A model generated the notes under the pieces. The model was given only the letters and a program-made list of their open reading frames with translations, had not been told where the DNA came from and made no database searches. Shown here piece after piece: positions 1 to 10,096 of a DNA stretch of 64,000 nt (positions are counted from its first letter, which is position 1; every line of letters starts with the position of its first letter). A program made the position numbers and the translations under genes. Origin of the DNA: an uncultured Candidatus Saccharibacteria bacterium (lineage in GTDB: Bacteria > Patescibacteriota > Minisyncoccia > Phycocordibacterales > DATDWN01); contig CAZKCA010000002.1 in assembly GCA_964551495.1 (NCBI GenBank), forward strand, positions 19,648-83,647, in the 5' to 3' direction.

Positions 1-795
1 TAGTTTCCAAGCATCCACATTGGCTTGAGCAGCCATCATTCTATCTACTAGTTGTTGAGAACTCATTTCAAGAGAAAATATTCCAACAGGAGTTTTGTGG
101 TTGACTGAAGCTTGTCTGGCAATATCTAAAGCTAATGATGTTTTACCAACAGATGGCCTAGCAGCCAAAATAATTAGATCTGATTTTTGTAAACCTGAAA
201 GTTTTTTATCTATATCTACAAAACCAGTTGGTATTCCTCTCATTCCTTGTCCTTCTGTATGGATTCTATCCAACCTTTCCCAAGCTTCATTTAATTCATC
301 TTTAATAGGAACAAATTTATGAGTTGTGTCGTAGTTTGTAACTTCAAATATTTTTTTCTCGGCACCCTCCAAAAGATCTTCTAGTTCTTTACTTTCATCA
401 TAACCCATCTGACTTATATGATCAGAAGCTTCTATAAGTCTTCGCATCATGTATTTCTTTTGAACTATCTCTGCATAATAAGAAATGTTTGATGCAGAGG
501 GAACGGAATGAATAATTTCGGTTAGATATGTGTTTCCGCCTATTTGATCAATCCATCCTTTTTCGGTTAGTTTGCTAGAAACAGAAAGAAGATCTATTGG
601 TTGGTGTTTGGAAAATAGCTCCATCATAGAATCAAAAATTATTCTATGTTTTTCTGAATAAAAAGAATCTTTAGAAATAATGTCTATAATCTCGTATAGA
701 GATTCTGGTCTGAGCATTATAGATCCCAAAAGTGCCATTTCTGCTTCCAAGTTTTGGGGAGGTATTCTCATTGCTTTTGGTTTTATTTCTGCCAT
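1..795 (-). CDS. dnaB: replicative DNA helicase DnaB, N-terminal 265 codons (gene runs off the window start)
   Basis: Not in the ORF track because no stop falls in the window. My minus-strand translation from ATG 795..793 is MAEIKPKAMRIPPQNLEAEMALLGSIM...GIPTGFVDIDKKLSGLQKSDLIILAARPSVGKTSLALDIARQ. This shows the DnaB N-domain and Walker A motif. Confidence 0.9.
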   Translation of the reverse strand, partial: MAEIKPKAMRIPPQNLEAEMALLGSIMLRPESLYEIIDIISKDSFYSEKHRIIFDSMMELFSKHQPIDLLSVSSKLTEKGWIDQIGGNTYLTEIIHSVPSASNISYYAEIVQKKYMMRRLIEASDHISQMGYDESKELEDLLEGAEKKIFEVTNYDTTHKFVPIKDELNEAWERLDRIHTEGQGMRGIPTGFVDIDKKLSGLQKSDLIILAARPSVGKTSLALDIARQASVNHKTPVGIFSLEMSSQQLVDRMMAAQANVDAWKL

Positions 796-872
796 AAGAA
801 GAATTCTAACATTTTAAAAAGGAGCTGGGCTACTTTACAATGTGTCTATACTGTTTGTAAGTTGGGGAAATC

Positions 873-2279
873 TTATTTTTTGGAGATTTTTGGGCCGTTT
901 TCAGTATCTTTTACAGAAAAACCTAGATTTTCTATCTTTTTTCTTATTTCATCAGATTTTTGCCAATCCTTTTCTGCTCGAGATTTTTCTCTTTCGTCGA
1001 TTAGTTTTTTGACTTCTTCTGGTATTTCTACAATTTCAATTGAATCAAGATTTAAACCAAACACTTTATCAAAATCTAAAATTAGGTGTTTTTTTTGGGA
1101 GTTGTCTAATGAATCATCTTTTATTATATCCCAAGTTAAGGCGAGTGCTTTTGGTGTATCTAAATCATTATTTATAAATTCTTTGAATTTTTCTTTGTAG
1201 GTTTCTGTTTGGTTACTGTCTGTTTCTGGACCAAATTCTAAAACTTTTTCTTTTAGTCTTTCCAGGGCATTTTTAGAAGCTTCTAATGATTGCCAGCTAA
1301 AAAGTAGTGGGGAAGAGTAGTGGGCTGTCAGTATTAAATATCTAAAAGAAAGAGGATCAAAACCTTTGTCTAAAATCGTTTGTAGTCTGATGAAATTTTC
1401 TTCAGATTTGGCCATCTTACCAGACTCCACATTTAAAAAAGCATTGTGTATCCAAAAATTAGCTAAAGGTTTTTCGTTTGCACAAGTTGATTGAGCTATT
1501 TCATTTGTGTGGTGCACTGGTATATGATCTATTCCTCCAGTGTGGACATCTATTGTTTCTCCCAAAATCTCTTTTATCATTGCTGAACATTCTATGTGCC
1601 AACCAGGAAAACCCATCTTGTCACTTCTTGGACTTTTCCATTCTTGAAGTCTGTGTTCTCCAGGTTTTGAAAATTTCCATAATGCAAAATCTTGTATATC
1701 TTCTTTTTCTCCTGTTGGTATAACTCTAGCGAATTCTTCCTCCATATTACTTCTGTCTATACCAAAAAGTTTTTGATATTCTGGAAATTTTGAAGTTTTG
1801 AAATATATTGCGTCATCTGTAATATAAGCGAAATCTTTATCCAGCAGTTTTTCGATCATATTTTTTTGAGATTCTATATGTTCAGTAGCTTTAGGAAAAA
1901 TTATTTTTTCTCTATGTATATTTAATCTATCTAAATCTTCAAAAAATTTTTCTGTATAAAACTTAGTTATCTCTTCTGCATCTTTTCCTTCTTTTTTGGC
2001 TTCTTTTTCTATTTTGTCTTCGCCAAAATCCGCATCTGAAGTTAGATGCCCAACATCAGTTATATTTATTACCTGTTTTACAGAAAAATCATTATACTCA
2101 AACATTCTACGTAGGGTGTCTGCAAAAATATAACTTCTCAGATTTCCTAAGTGTGCATAGTTGTAAACAGTTGGACCACAGTTATACATTAATACTTCTC
2201 CTTCTTTTATAGGTCTAAAAGTTTCTTTTTTGCCAGTAAGACTGTTTTGTAGTTTTATTTCCATTTTATTTACATCCAT
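873..2279 (-). CDS. cysS: cysteine--tRNA ligase
   Basis: 468 aa with [17 protein letters not shown] (HIGH region) and KMAKSEENF (KMSKS). The true start may be M6 (ATG 2264), which would remove the 10-nt overlap with the upstream gene. Confidence 0.95.
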   Translation of the reverse strand: MDVNKMEIKLQNSLTGKKETFRPIKEGEVLMYNCGPTVYNYAHLGNLRSYIFADTLRRMFEYNDFSVKQVINITDVGHLTSDADFGEDKIEKEAKKEGKDAEEITKFYTEKFFEDLDRLNIHREKIIFPKATEHIESQKNMIEKLLDKDFAYITDDAIYFKTSKFPEYQKLFGIDRSNMEEEFARVIPTGEKEDIQDFALWKFSKPGEHRLQEWKSPRSDKMGFPGWHIECSAMIKEILGETIDVHTGGIDHIPVHHTNEIAQSTCANEKPLANFWIHNAFLNVESGKMAKSEENFIRLQTILDKGFDPLSFRYLILTAHYSSPLLFSWQSLEASKNALERLKEKVLEFGPETDSNQTETYKEKFKEFINNDLDTPKALALTWDIIKDDSLDNSQKKHLILDFDKVFGLNLDSIEIVEIPEEVKKLIDEREKSRAEKDWQKSDEIRKKIENLGFSVKDTENGPKISKK

Positions 2280-3184
2280 TTTTTGTTTTTAGCATATATG
2301 ATGGCTATGACAACAGATAATAACATTATTGTTATAGCCATCCAAAATCCATTTGGATTATTGGCAAAAGGAATATTTGACATACTCATTCCAAAAACTT
2401 GTCCAATAACAGTAAGAGGTAGGATTATAAATCCCATAATAGTTAACTGCTTCATTATTTCATTTTGTTTTGAAGACAAAAGAGAATCATTAGTTTCTCT
2501 TAGTTGTTGCAATATCTCCAGGTTGCTGATTATAGTGCTATGTATTTTTGAATATTCAAGATAAACAGATTCCATATCTTTAACAAATTCTTTACCCAAA
2601 AGATCTTTACCGTTTATTATTATTGACTCAAGGATTTCTTTGTGAAGATCTGTTGTTTTTTTGAAGTCCAAAAGAATTCTGGTTATCTCAGAAATTTTTA
2701 TAACCATTTCTTTTTCTTTGCCTTCAAATATTCTATTAGTGATTTGTTTAGTTGTATCTTCCATGTATAACAACTCATCAAAAATACCCTTGTATAGTGA
2801 TTTAAGCATTGAAACAAAAATGGAGTGACCATTTAGTTCTTCTTCTCTGTCTGTTATCTCTTTTACTTCTAGTTCTTTGGCAAATTTGTGTAGAGGATCT
2901 ATTGTATCGTATCTAGCCGTTATGAGAATATTTTTACCAAGAATAAAATCAATCTCTTGGTCGGGCATATTTTTTTTGTGAGTATGCTTAAACGCTGGGA
3001 AATGAATTATTGTATAAACATAACCATCCCTAAATTCTATTCGTGGTTTTGGGGTTGTAGAAGTTAGTTCTTTTGCAACCAGAGGGTGTACAGAGTATTC
3101 TTCCATTATCTGACTAATTTCTTCTGGTGTTGGATCGTTTAGATCAACCCAGGTCTCTTTTTTATAGGTGTATTTATTTATCAT
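2270..3184 (-). CDS. corA: CorA-family divalent cation transporter-like protein (GMN motif replaced by GMS)
   Basis: 304 aa with a cytoplasmic domain and two C-terminal TM helices. The signature position reads VFGMSMSNIPF where canonical CorA has YGMNF. Confidence 0.75.
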   Translation of the reverse strand: MINKYTYKKETWVDLNDPTPEEISQIMEEYSVHPLVAKELTSTTPKPRIEFRDGYVYTIIHFPAFKHTHKKNMPDQEIDFILGKNILITARYDTIDPLHKFAKELEVKEITDREEELNGHSIFVSMLKSLYKGIFDELLYMEDTTKQITNRIFEGKEKEMVIKISEITRILLDFKKTTDLHKEILESIIINGKDLLGKEFVKDMESVYLEYSKIHSTIISNLEILQQLRETNDSLLSSKQNEIMKQLTIMGFIILPLTVIGQVFGMSMSNIPFANNPNGFWMAITIMLLSVVIAIIYAKNKKWM

Positions 3185-3227
3185 ATAAGATAATTATATA
3201 AATCTTTATAAATAAACACAAAATTAT

Positions 3228-3256
3228 TTGACCTCTTAAAAGTTATTTGCGATAAT
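3228..3256 (+). promoter_or_regulatory. putative sigma70-type promoter giving a near-leaderless transcript
   Basis: TTGACC (3228-3233), 17 nt, GATAAT (3251-3256). The ATG at 3265 is only 8 nt after the -10 box and no SD is present. Confidence 0.45.
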
Positions 3257-3264
3257 TTTTTCAG

Positions 3265-4491
3265 ATGGATAAATTAATTTCTAATAAAAAGCATTTAACA
3301 GTTGGACTCCTTATTATATTAGGAGTGTTTTTTTCTGGATTTTTTATAGGTAAAGCCAATCAGTCTGATAAAAGTAAAATACTAAATGTAACAAACAAGG
3401 ATCCGGAAGGTAATGTTTCTGTTGATTTTTCTCCATTTTGGAAAGCTTGGAATACTATAAATGAAAAATATATACCTACTTCTACTACAACTTCTGAAAT
3501 AGATGATCAAAAAAGACTTTATGGTGCTATAGCTGGTATGACAAAAGCATTGGGTGACCCGTATACTGTATTTTTCCCACCAGTTGAGTCAAAAAGTTTT
3601 GAAGAAGAAATAAGTGGAAACTTTGAAGGGGTTGGAATGGAAATTGGTATAAGAGATGGTGTTTTGACTGTTGTAGCGCCACTTAAAAACACTCCAGCCT
3701 ATAGAGCAGGTATCCTTTCTGGTGATAAAATAATACAAATCAACAACGTTTCCACAAATGATCTAAGTACAGAAGAAGCTGTCTCTATGATAAGAGGTAA
3801 AAGAGGAACAGAGGTTGAATTTACAATGCTAAGAGACGGAGAGGAAGAACCTATTAAAATAAAAGTTATAAGAGATGTTATAGATATTCCTACTATAGAT
3901 ACAGAAATAAAAGGTGATGTTTTTATAATCAGACTTTATAATTTTTCAGCTATTTCACAAAATCTTTTCAGGCAAGCACTACGAGAATTCGTAGAGTCTG
4001 GAAGGTATAAGTTGGTATTGGATTTGAGGGGAAATCCTGGTGGATATTTGGAGGCATCTATAGATATGGCTAGCTGGTTTTTACCACCAGGAAAAGTAGT
4101 GGTTAAAGAAGATTTTAAAGATATATCAAAAAACCAGTCTTTTAGAAGTAAAGGGTATAATATTTTTAATGATTCTTTGAAGATGGTCATTTTGATAGAT
4201 GGTGGTTCTGCTTCAGCTTCTGAAATATTAGCAGGTGCTTTAAATGAACATGGTGTAGCAAAACTTATAGGAACCAAATCTTTTGGAAAAGGATCTGTTC
4301 AAGAGTTGGTAAAAATAACAGACGATACTTCACTAAAAATTACAGTGGCTAGATGGCTTACTCCAAATGGTCATTCTATATCAGATGGAGGATTAACTCC
4401 TGATATAGAAGTTGCTCTAGATATCGAGGCTTTTAAAGAAGGGAAAGATAATCAATTGGAAAAAGCCTTAGAATACTTAAAAGAGTTCTAG
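3265..4491 (+). CDS. S41 family carboxyl-terminal processing peptidase with PDZ domain
   Basis: 408 aa with an N-terminal TM anchor, a PDZ-like GDKIIQINNVSTNDLSTEEAVSMIRG and the S41 core GGSASASEILAGAL. Confidence 0.9.
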   Translation: MDKLISNKKHLTVGLLIILGVFFSGFFIGKANQSDKSKILNVTNKDPEGNVSVDFSPFWKAWNTINEKYIPTSTTTSEIDDQKRLYGAIAGMTKALGDPYTVFFPPVESKSFEEEISGNFEGVGMEIGIRDGVLTVVAPLKNTPAYRAGILSGDKIIQINNVSTNDLSTEEAVSMIRGKRGTEVEFTMLRDGEEEPIKIKVIRDVIDIPTIDTEIKGDVFIIRLYNFSAISQNLFRQALREFVESGRYKLVLDLRGNPGGYLEASIDMASWFLPPGKVVVKEDFKDISKNQSFRSKGYNIFNDSLKMVILIDGGSASASEILAGALNEHGVAKLIGTKSFGKGSVQELVKITDDTSLKITVARWLTPNGHSISDGGLTPDIEVALDIEAFKEGKDNQLEKALEYLKEF

Positions 4492-4588
4492 ATTTTGATT
4501 TAATCTTGTGATAGAGTGTTTTCACTAAATTTTATTAATTAATAAACAAAATAATCTTCTTTTATTTGCGAGATTATTTACAAATAGG

Positions 4589-5032
4589 ATGAAAGTCATA
4601 TTACTTAAAGATGTTGCTAAAATAGGAAAAAAGTTTGATATAAAAAATGTTGCTGATGGTTATGCTTTAAATTTTCTTATACCTAAGAAATTGGCTATAT
4701 TGGCTACAAAAGAAGCTGTTTCTAAAATAGAGGAATCCAAAAAACTCCAAACAGCAGAAAAAAATATCCAAGCAGAGCTTCTACTCAAGAACTTAGAGAC
4801 TTTGGCTTCATCTAACGTTGTTATTAAAAGTAAAGCTAATGAGAAAGGGCATCTTTTTGCAGGGGTAGATAAAAAAGAATTAATTGCAGAGATAAAAAAA
4901 CAAGTTAGGTTAGACATTCCAGAAGATTTAATTGAATTAGAAAAACCAATTAAAGAGGTAGGGGATCATAAAATAAAAATGTCATTTGAAAAAAAGAAAT
5001 TTGAGATGACTGTAAAAATAGAAAATATATAA
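4589..5032 (+). CDS. rplI: 50S ribosomal protein L9
   Basis: [36 protein letters not shown] is a typical L9 N-terminus. 147 aa. Confidence 0.95.
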   Translation: MKVILLKDVAKIGKKFDIKNVADGYALNFLIPKKLAILATKEAVSKIEESKKLQTAEKNIQAELLLKNLETLASSNVVIKSKANEKGHLFAGVDKKELIAEIKKQVRLDIPEDLIELEKPIKEVGDHKIKMSFEKKKFEMTVKIENI

Positions 5033-5033
5033 C

Positions 5034-5061
5034 AAAAAACTCCCAGAAAGGGAGTTTTTTG
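5034..5061. terminator. bidirectional rho-independent terminator between rplI and rpmA
   Basis: ACTCCC-agaaa-GGGAGT hairpin flanked by an A-run and a T-run. Confidence 0.75.
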
Positions 5062-5334
5062 TTATATTACATTAACTACTTTTTTTATTACTGTTTTATT
5101 ATTGAAGTGAGTTTTTCTTTTTGTTCCAAACTCTATTTTACCTTCTTTTAGAGCATAAAGAGTGTGGTCTTTACCCATACCAACATTTTTACCTGGTAAA
5201 ACATCTGTTCCTCTTTGTCTTACAATAATAGAACCAGCAAAAGCTTTATCACCTGATGTGACTTTTACACCCAAATACTTTGGATTTGAATCTCTACCGT
5301 TTTTACTTACACCGGCTGATTTTTTATGTGCCAT
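5062..5334 (-). CDS. rpmA: 50S ribosomal protein L27
   Basis: [25 protein letters not shown]...IIVRQRGT is canonical L27. Confidence 0.95.
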   Translation of the reverse strand: MAHKKSAGVSKNGRDSNPKYLGVKVTSGDKAFAGSIIVRQRGTDVLPGKNVGMGKDHTLYALKEGKIEFGTKRKTHFNNKTVIKKVVNVI

Positions 5335-5375
5335 ACTGTTTTAATTCTAAATTTTTGCTGATAAAATAATGTTGT

Positions 5376-5768
5376 ATGAGTATAAAAGAATTTGTGGAAA
5401 AAATCAAGCCTTTATACACCCTTTTTCTTATAATTGTAATAGCTAGTATTTTCTTTGCTCTAGGTAGGCTTTCAGCCCTAGAAGATAGAAAAACACCACT
5501 TAAGATAATAAATCAAGATATAGGCCAAAATAAGCCTTTAGAAGGGCAGAATACAGCAAATGTCATAGATTCTGTTGTTTTAGAGAGTCAAATTAGCAAT
5601 CAAAACTCTGGTGAAGTGGTAGCTTCTAAATCGGGTAGTAAATATCATTTTCCATGGTGTTCTGGTGCAAAGTCTATAAAACCAGAAAATCTTATAACTT
5701 TTGGTTCTATTGAAGAGGCCAGAAAGGCTGGCTACGAGCCAGCTAAGAATTGTAAGGGCTTGAAATAG
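5376..5768 (+). CDS. membrane-anchored hypothetical protein with C-terminal Ada-like Cys domain
   Basis: 130 aa with an N-terminal TM. The C-terminus KYHFPWCSGAKSIKPENLITFGSIEEARKAGYEPAKNCKG resembles the YH-x-P-x-C...AGY-x-P-C-x-x-C small metal-binding domain. Confidence 0.5.
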   Translation: MSIKEFVEKIKPLYTLFLIIVIASIFFALGRLSALEDRKTPLKIINQDIGQNKPLEGQNTANVIDSVVLESQISNQNSGEVVASKSGSKYHFPWCSGAKSIKPENLITFGSIEEARKAGYEPAKNCKGLK

Positions 5769-5776
5769 AGTAATAG

Positions 5777-5808
5777 AAAAACCCGCGCCAAGGTGGGAGG
5801 CGCGGGTT
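5777..5808 (-). terminator. GC-rich hairpin terminator for the minus-strand 196-aa ORF
   Basis: ACCCGCGCC (5781-5789) pairs with GGCGCGGGT (5799-5807). A T-run follows only on the minus strand. Confidence 0.6.
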
Positions 5809-5821
5809 GCGAAGAATCCTT

Positions 5822-6412
5822 TCATTCTTCAGTGTTGGTCTTGCATGGCAAGACCGGACAGATCCCGAAGGGGCGATCAGGGAACTTCTTGCAAAACCTT
5901 TTCAAGGTGGTCACAGTGATTCCTTTCTCGTCACTGTAGACTGTGAGGAATTCTCCTCGATGTTTTTGCGGACAAACAAGTCCGCTTTCGGCGTATCGAA
6001 TTCGTGGAGATTTCACTCCTCTGGATCTTTGGATTGCAAAGGATGCAGTTTCTGAAAACAGATACTGCATAACAGTTTGACATTTGAAAGAATGAAATTG
6101 TTCAGGAGTCCCTCTGAACTCAGGATGAATTTCAAATCCGAAAGGAAAACAAACTATTTCCTCTTCGGAAGAAGGGTCAACCTCGATTCCGTTGTCAACA
6201 TTTATGATGACGCCGAAATTTATCAGAAACAGGTCCAGCGCATCAGCAAAATGAAGCCTGGATGTCACAACTGGCTCTGCTTTGTCAAAGTAGGCCAGGG
6301 TATGGTTTCTCACAGAGATCGAATGGGGAACTCGTAGATTTTCCCCAAATAGATCAAGAATGCTTGTAATTCTTGTTGGCCATCCACCAACTAAGGCGAC
6401 AGCAGCTGACAT
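5822..6412 (-). CDS. hypothetical protein, GC-elevated accessory gene
   Basis: 196-aa ORF with no family recognised by eye. It is visibly more GC-rich than its flanks and has its own terminator. The antisense ORFs at 5807..6055 and 6077..6337 are shadows of it. Confidence 0.5.
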   Translation of the reverse strand: MSAAVALVGGWPTRITSILDLFGENLRVPHSISVRNHTLAYFDKAEPVVTSRLHFADALDLFLINFGVIINVDNGIEVDPSSEEEIVCFPFGFEIHPEFRGTPEQFHSFKCQTVMQYLFSETASFAIQRSRGVKSPRIRYAESGLVCPQKHRGEFLTVYSDEKGITVTTLKRFCKKFPDRPFGICPVLPCKTNTEE

Positions 6413-6481
6413 TGTTGTTTCCTTTCTTTTTCCCTGCTATCAGGGAATTCTTATTAAAATTTACAATTTTTTGTCTGTATG

Positions 6482-6529
6482 TGTCAACACTTATCCACTG
6501 TTGACTTGTTAACTATAAAAATGTAAACT
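6482..6529 (+). promoter_or_regulatory. putative promoter with overlapping inverted-repeat operator for the efflux/MarR operon
   Basis: GTCAACA (6483-6489), N9, TGTTGAC (6499-6505). TTGACT (6501-6506), 17 nt, TAAACT (6524-6529). AGGAG SD sits before ATG 6543. Confidence 0.45.
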
Positions 6530-6542
6530 TTTAGGAGTATTT

Positions 6543-7835
6543 ATGAAATCGGCAGAATTGACTAAAAAGAGAGAGAAAAGATTTGATAAATTTAAAACCT
6601 CCATATCTCTTGGTTTCTTTTTGGCTATAAGACAAATAAAAAGAAGTAGTATTGGAACTACTGCGCTTATTGTTTTTGTGATGACACTAACATTTCTAAA
6701 CCTTGTCGTTGTTTATGGTATTTTGGTTGGACTAATACAGGGTTCTGTTGATGTTTACAAAGAAAAATTTTATGGAGATGTAAATATTTCGTCTTTGCCC
6801 AGAAAAGAATACATAGAAAAAAGCCCTGAAATAATTGAAATAGTTAAAGGTTTGCCTTGGCTGGAATCATATTCTGCAAGATACACAAAAAGTGGAACAG
6901 TAGAAGGGACTTATAAAGAAAGAATAGACTATACAGAAAAAGCAAATATAGCAGGAGGAATATTGACTGGGATTGATCCAGAAAAAGAAGATGCCACAAC
7001 TGAAATATCAAAATTTGTTGTAGAAGGACGATATCTAACTCGAGAAGATTCTGACGGGGTTATTTTGGGAGCCAATACACTCAAAAAATATTTAGATATT
7101 GATGCACCAGAACTTCCTCTTTTGGAAAACGTAGAAGTTGGGGACAAAGTTAGGATTATTGTTGGTGATTATACAAAAGAAGTTACGGTTATTGGTGTCA
7201 TAAAAAGTAAAGCAGATTTCGATCAGAGAATTGTAATGCTTGATACTACACTTAGAAATCTTATAGGAAGAACAGATTATAACGTAAATGAAATAGCTAT
7301 CAGAACAAAACCTTTTACTGATCCTTATTTGGTAAAAAATGCATTGATGCAAAGTGGAGTAGGGGAAACAGCTTTGGTTCAAACTTTTGAGGAAGGTTTG
7401 CCAAAATTTTTGAAAGATATTCAAGCAACTTTTGGACTTTTGGGTAATGTAGTTGGATCTATTGGTTTAGTAGTCGCCTCCATTACAATATTTATTGTTA
7501 TTTATATAAACGCTATTACTCGCAGAAAGTTTATTGGTATTTTGAAAGGTATAGGTATAGATTCAATAGCAATAGAATTTTCCTACATACTACAATCTCT
7601 ATTTTATGCAGTCATGGGTATTCTTTTAGGAATGACTATTCTATACGGATTTTTGGTTCCTTATATAGACGCAAATCCTATAAACTTCCCATTTAGTGAT
7701 GGTATTTTGGTTGCAAATTTGGGAGAAACTTTGATTAGAGCCGGACTTTTGCTTATCGCAACAATATTTGCTGGATTTATACCTGCGCGATTGGTCGTAA
7801 AACAAAATACATTAGATGCTATTTTAGGAAGATAA
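6543..7835 (+). CDS. ABC transporter permease, FtsX/MacB-like
   Basis: 430 aa with an N-terminal TM, a large extracytoplasmic domain and three C-terminal TMs (FtsX-type topology). It is directly followed by an ATPase gene. Confidence 0.85.
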   Translation: MKSAELTKKREKRFDKFKTSISLGFFLAIRQIKRSSIGTTALIVFVMTLTFLNLVVVYGILVGLIQGSVDVYKEKFYGDVNISSLPRKEYIEKSPEIIEIVKGLPWLESYSARYTKSGTVEGTYKERIDYTEKANIAGGILTGIDPEKEDATTEISKFVVEGRYLTREDSDGVILGANTLKKYLDIDAPELPLLENVEVGDKVRIIVGDYTKEVTVIGVIKSKADFDQRIVMLDTTLRNLIGRTDYNVNEIAIRTKPFTDPYLVKNALMQSGVGETALVQTFEEGLPKFLKDIQATFGLLGNVVGSIGLVVASITIFIVIYINAITRRKFIGILKGIGIDSIAIEFSYILQSLFYAVMGILLGMTILYGFLVPYIDANPINFPFSDGILVANLGETLIRAGLLLIATIFAGFIPARLVVKQNTLDAILGR

Positions 7836-7840
7836 AATTT

Positions 7841-8530
7841 ATGGAAGAAATAATAAAAGTAAAAGGATTGGTTAAATCATATAAAAGCGGAGATTCAGAG
7901 CTGGTTGTTTTGAAAGATTTAGATTTGTCTGTTCCAAAAGGCCAATTTATCTCTATCACCGGTAAATCTGGTTCTGGTAAGTCAACTCTTCTTTATCAGT
8001 TGGGTCTTTTGGATCATCCAAATAAAGGTCTGATAATAATAGATGGTGTTGATATTAGTGATTTGGATGCAGAAGATAGGACAGATTTTAGACTTTCAGA
8101 ATTGGGCTATGTTTTCCAAGACTATGCCTTGATACCGGAATTAACTTCTATGGAAAATGTTATGCTACCTCTACTTATGCAAGGATTAACAATCAAAGAA
8201 GCCACAAAAAAAGCAAAAGACTCTTTAGAAAGAATTGGGCTTGGTGATAAAGTTAATAACTTACCAAGTCAGCTTTCTGGAGGACAACAACAGAGAGTTT
8301 CTATAGCTAGAGCCATAGCCCATGATCCAAAAATAATTTTTGCAGATGAACCTACTGCAAATTTGGATACTGAAACCTCAAAATCTGTCTTGGATGCTTT
8401 TTTGGATTTACATAAACAAGGACAAACTATAGTTATGGTAACTCACGAAAAAGAATATGCAGATTTAACAGATAGGGTTGTGTTGTTAAGTGATGGAAAA
8501 ATTATGTCAGATTTAATGAATAAAAAATAA
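7841..8530 (+). CDS. ABC transporter ATP-binding protein (MacB/LolD-type)
   Basis: Walker A GKSGSGKST, signature LSGGQQQRVSIARA and Walker B IIFADEPT. Confidence 0.95.
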   Translation: MEEIIKVKGLVKSYKSGDSELVVLKDLDLSVPKGQFISITGKSGSGKSTLLYQLGLLDHPNKGLIIIDGVDISDLDAEDRTDFRLSELGYVFQDYALIPELTSMENVMLPLLMQGLTIKEATKKAKDSLERIGLGDKVNNLPSQLSGGQQQRVSIARAIAHDPKIIFADEPTANLDTETSKSVLDAFLDLHKQGQTIVMVTHEKEYADLTDRVVLLSDGKIMSDLMNKK

Positions 8531-8532
8531 TT

Positions 8533-10071
8533 ATGAAAAAGACAATTAATTTTATAAAAACAAGATATATTTTAAGTAGTATTATAGGTTTAGTTATTAT
8601 TTTAATCGTTGTTTTTGCTGTAAAATCTGGTAATGGTAAATATGAAATATTTGAAGTAACTAGAGGTGATGTGGTCCAAAAAGTTGTTGTTTTAGGAAAA
8701 ACTAAATCTGCTCAAGTAGTAGATCTTGGATTTGAAGTATCTGGTAGAGTAAGTCAGGTAAATGTTTCTGTTGGTGATAAGGTTTTTGTTGGACAAAATC
8801 TGGTTTCACTCGATCAGGGGACCGCCTATGCTGAACTTCTTAAGGCACAAGCAAACCTAGCTTCAGAAGAAGCTAACCTGTCTGAGTTAAAAAATGGAGC
8901 AAGATCTGAAGAAATAAGTATCTCTGAAGCAGAAGTTTCCAAGGCTCAAATTGCTGTTGTTGATTCAAAAGACGAGGTTTCTTCTAAAACAAGAGAAGCT
9001 TATATAAAATCTGACGATGTTATATATAATACAGTCGATAGTTTTTTCTCAAATCCTAGAAGTCAAAACCCGCAAATAAACTTAACTTTGTCTGATCTTC
9101 AATTGAGAAATAACCTAAATAATACCAGACTTTTGATAGAACCTTTGATGCAAGATTGGCGAGACAGTTCTTTTGATGGTTCAAGAGAATCAGTCTCTTT
9201 GGCTAAAAAAAACTTAAACTACCTAAAAAACTTTCTTGATCTTATGGCTAATGCTGTTAATAGCCAATCTGCAAACTCATCTCTTTCGCAAACAACCATT
9301 GATTCATATAAAGCATCTATTTCTGCTGCTAGAACAACCCTTATAAATTCTCTAAGTGGCGTTACAACAGCTGAAGAAAAACTTAATACTTCTGAATCTA
9401 ATTTGGTAGTAGCAGAAAGAAATTTAACTTTGAAAAAAGTTGGTGCGACAGAGGAAACAATAAAATCTGGAGAGGCTAGGGTGTTACAAGCACAGGCATC
9501 TGTTCAAAGTGCACAGGCTTCTCTATCTAAACTATCACTTAGATCACCTTTAAATGGAGTTGTGACTGTAAAAAATATAAATCCTGGTGAAATTGTAACT
9601 CCTGGATCAGTTGCTGTGTCACTTATATCTGAAAGTGACTTAGAAATAGAGGCTAATGTTTCTGAGATAAGCATAGGCAAAGTTACAGTAGGAAATGAAG
9701 TTGATATAACTTTTGATGCTTTTCCTGGTAGAGTTTTCAAAGGAGCTGTTGTCTATATAGACCCAGCTGAAACAGTTGTTAACGGTGTTGTAAACTACAA
9801 AGTAACAATTCAGTTTAATGAAAATTATCCAGAAGTAAGGAGTGGTTTAACTGCTAATCTAGATATTAAAACATCTATTAAACCTTCTGTCTTAAAAATT
9901 CCTCAGTATGGAATTATAAACAAAGATGATGGCAAATACGTTTCTGTTAAAAAAGGTAATTCTTTTGAAGAAGTCAAAATAGAAACTGGCTTGGTTGGCC
10001 AAGATGGTTTTGTTGAAGTATTGAGTGGACTAGAAGAGGGACAGGAAATAAATTTGGTTATAAAACCATAA
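8533..10071 (+). CDS. HlyD/MacA-family periplasmic adaptor-like protein
   Basis: 512 aa with an N-terminal TM, long coiled-coil-like central region and a beta-barrel C-terminus (SPLNGVVTVKNINPGEIV). It lies in an operon with the ABC pair. Confidence 0.8.
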   Translation: MKKTINFIKTRYILSSIIGLVIILIVVFAVKSGNGKYEIFEVTRGDVVQKVVVLGKTKSAQVVDLGFEVSGRVSQVNVSVGDKVFVGQNLVSLDQGTAYAELLKAQANLASEEANLSELKNGARSEEISISEAEVSKAQIAVVDSKDEVSSKTREAYIKSDDVIYNTVDSFFSNPRSQNPQINLTLSDLQLRNNLNNTRLLIEPLMQDWRDSSFDGSRESVSLAKKNLNYLKNFLDLMANAVNSQSANSSLSQTTIDSYKASISAARTTLINSLSGVTTAEEKLNTSESNLVVAERNLTLKKVGATEETIKSGEARVLQAQASVQSAQASLSKLSLRSPLNGVVTVKNINPGEIVTPGSVAVSLISESDLEIEANVSEISIGKVTVGNEVDITFDAFPGRVFKGAVVYIDPAETVVNGVVNYKVTIQFNENYPEVRSGLTANLDIKTSIKPSVLKIPQYGIINKDDGKYVSVKKGNSFEEVKIETGLVGQDGFVEVLSGLEEGQEINLVIKP

Positions 10072-10096
10072 ATTTTTTGTCTCTATTTTTAAAATT

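Noticed and set aside
754-1723. Plus-strand ORFs 754..1200 and 1478..1723, and many similar ones (3936..4277, 7092..7424, 41019..42848 series, 61713..63182 series).
   Set aside because: They lie antisense within strongly supported genes (cysS, the S41 peptidase gene, the ABC permease, dnaK, leuS), have low-complexity products, and are shadow ORFs of AT-rich DNA.
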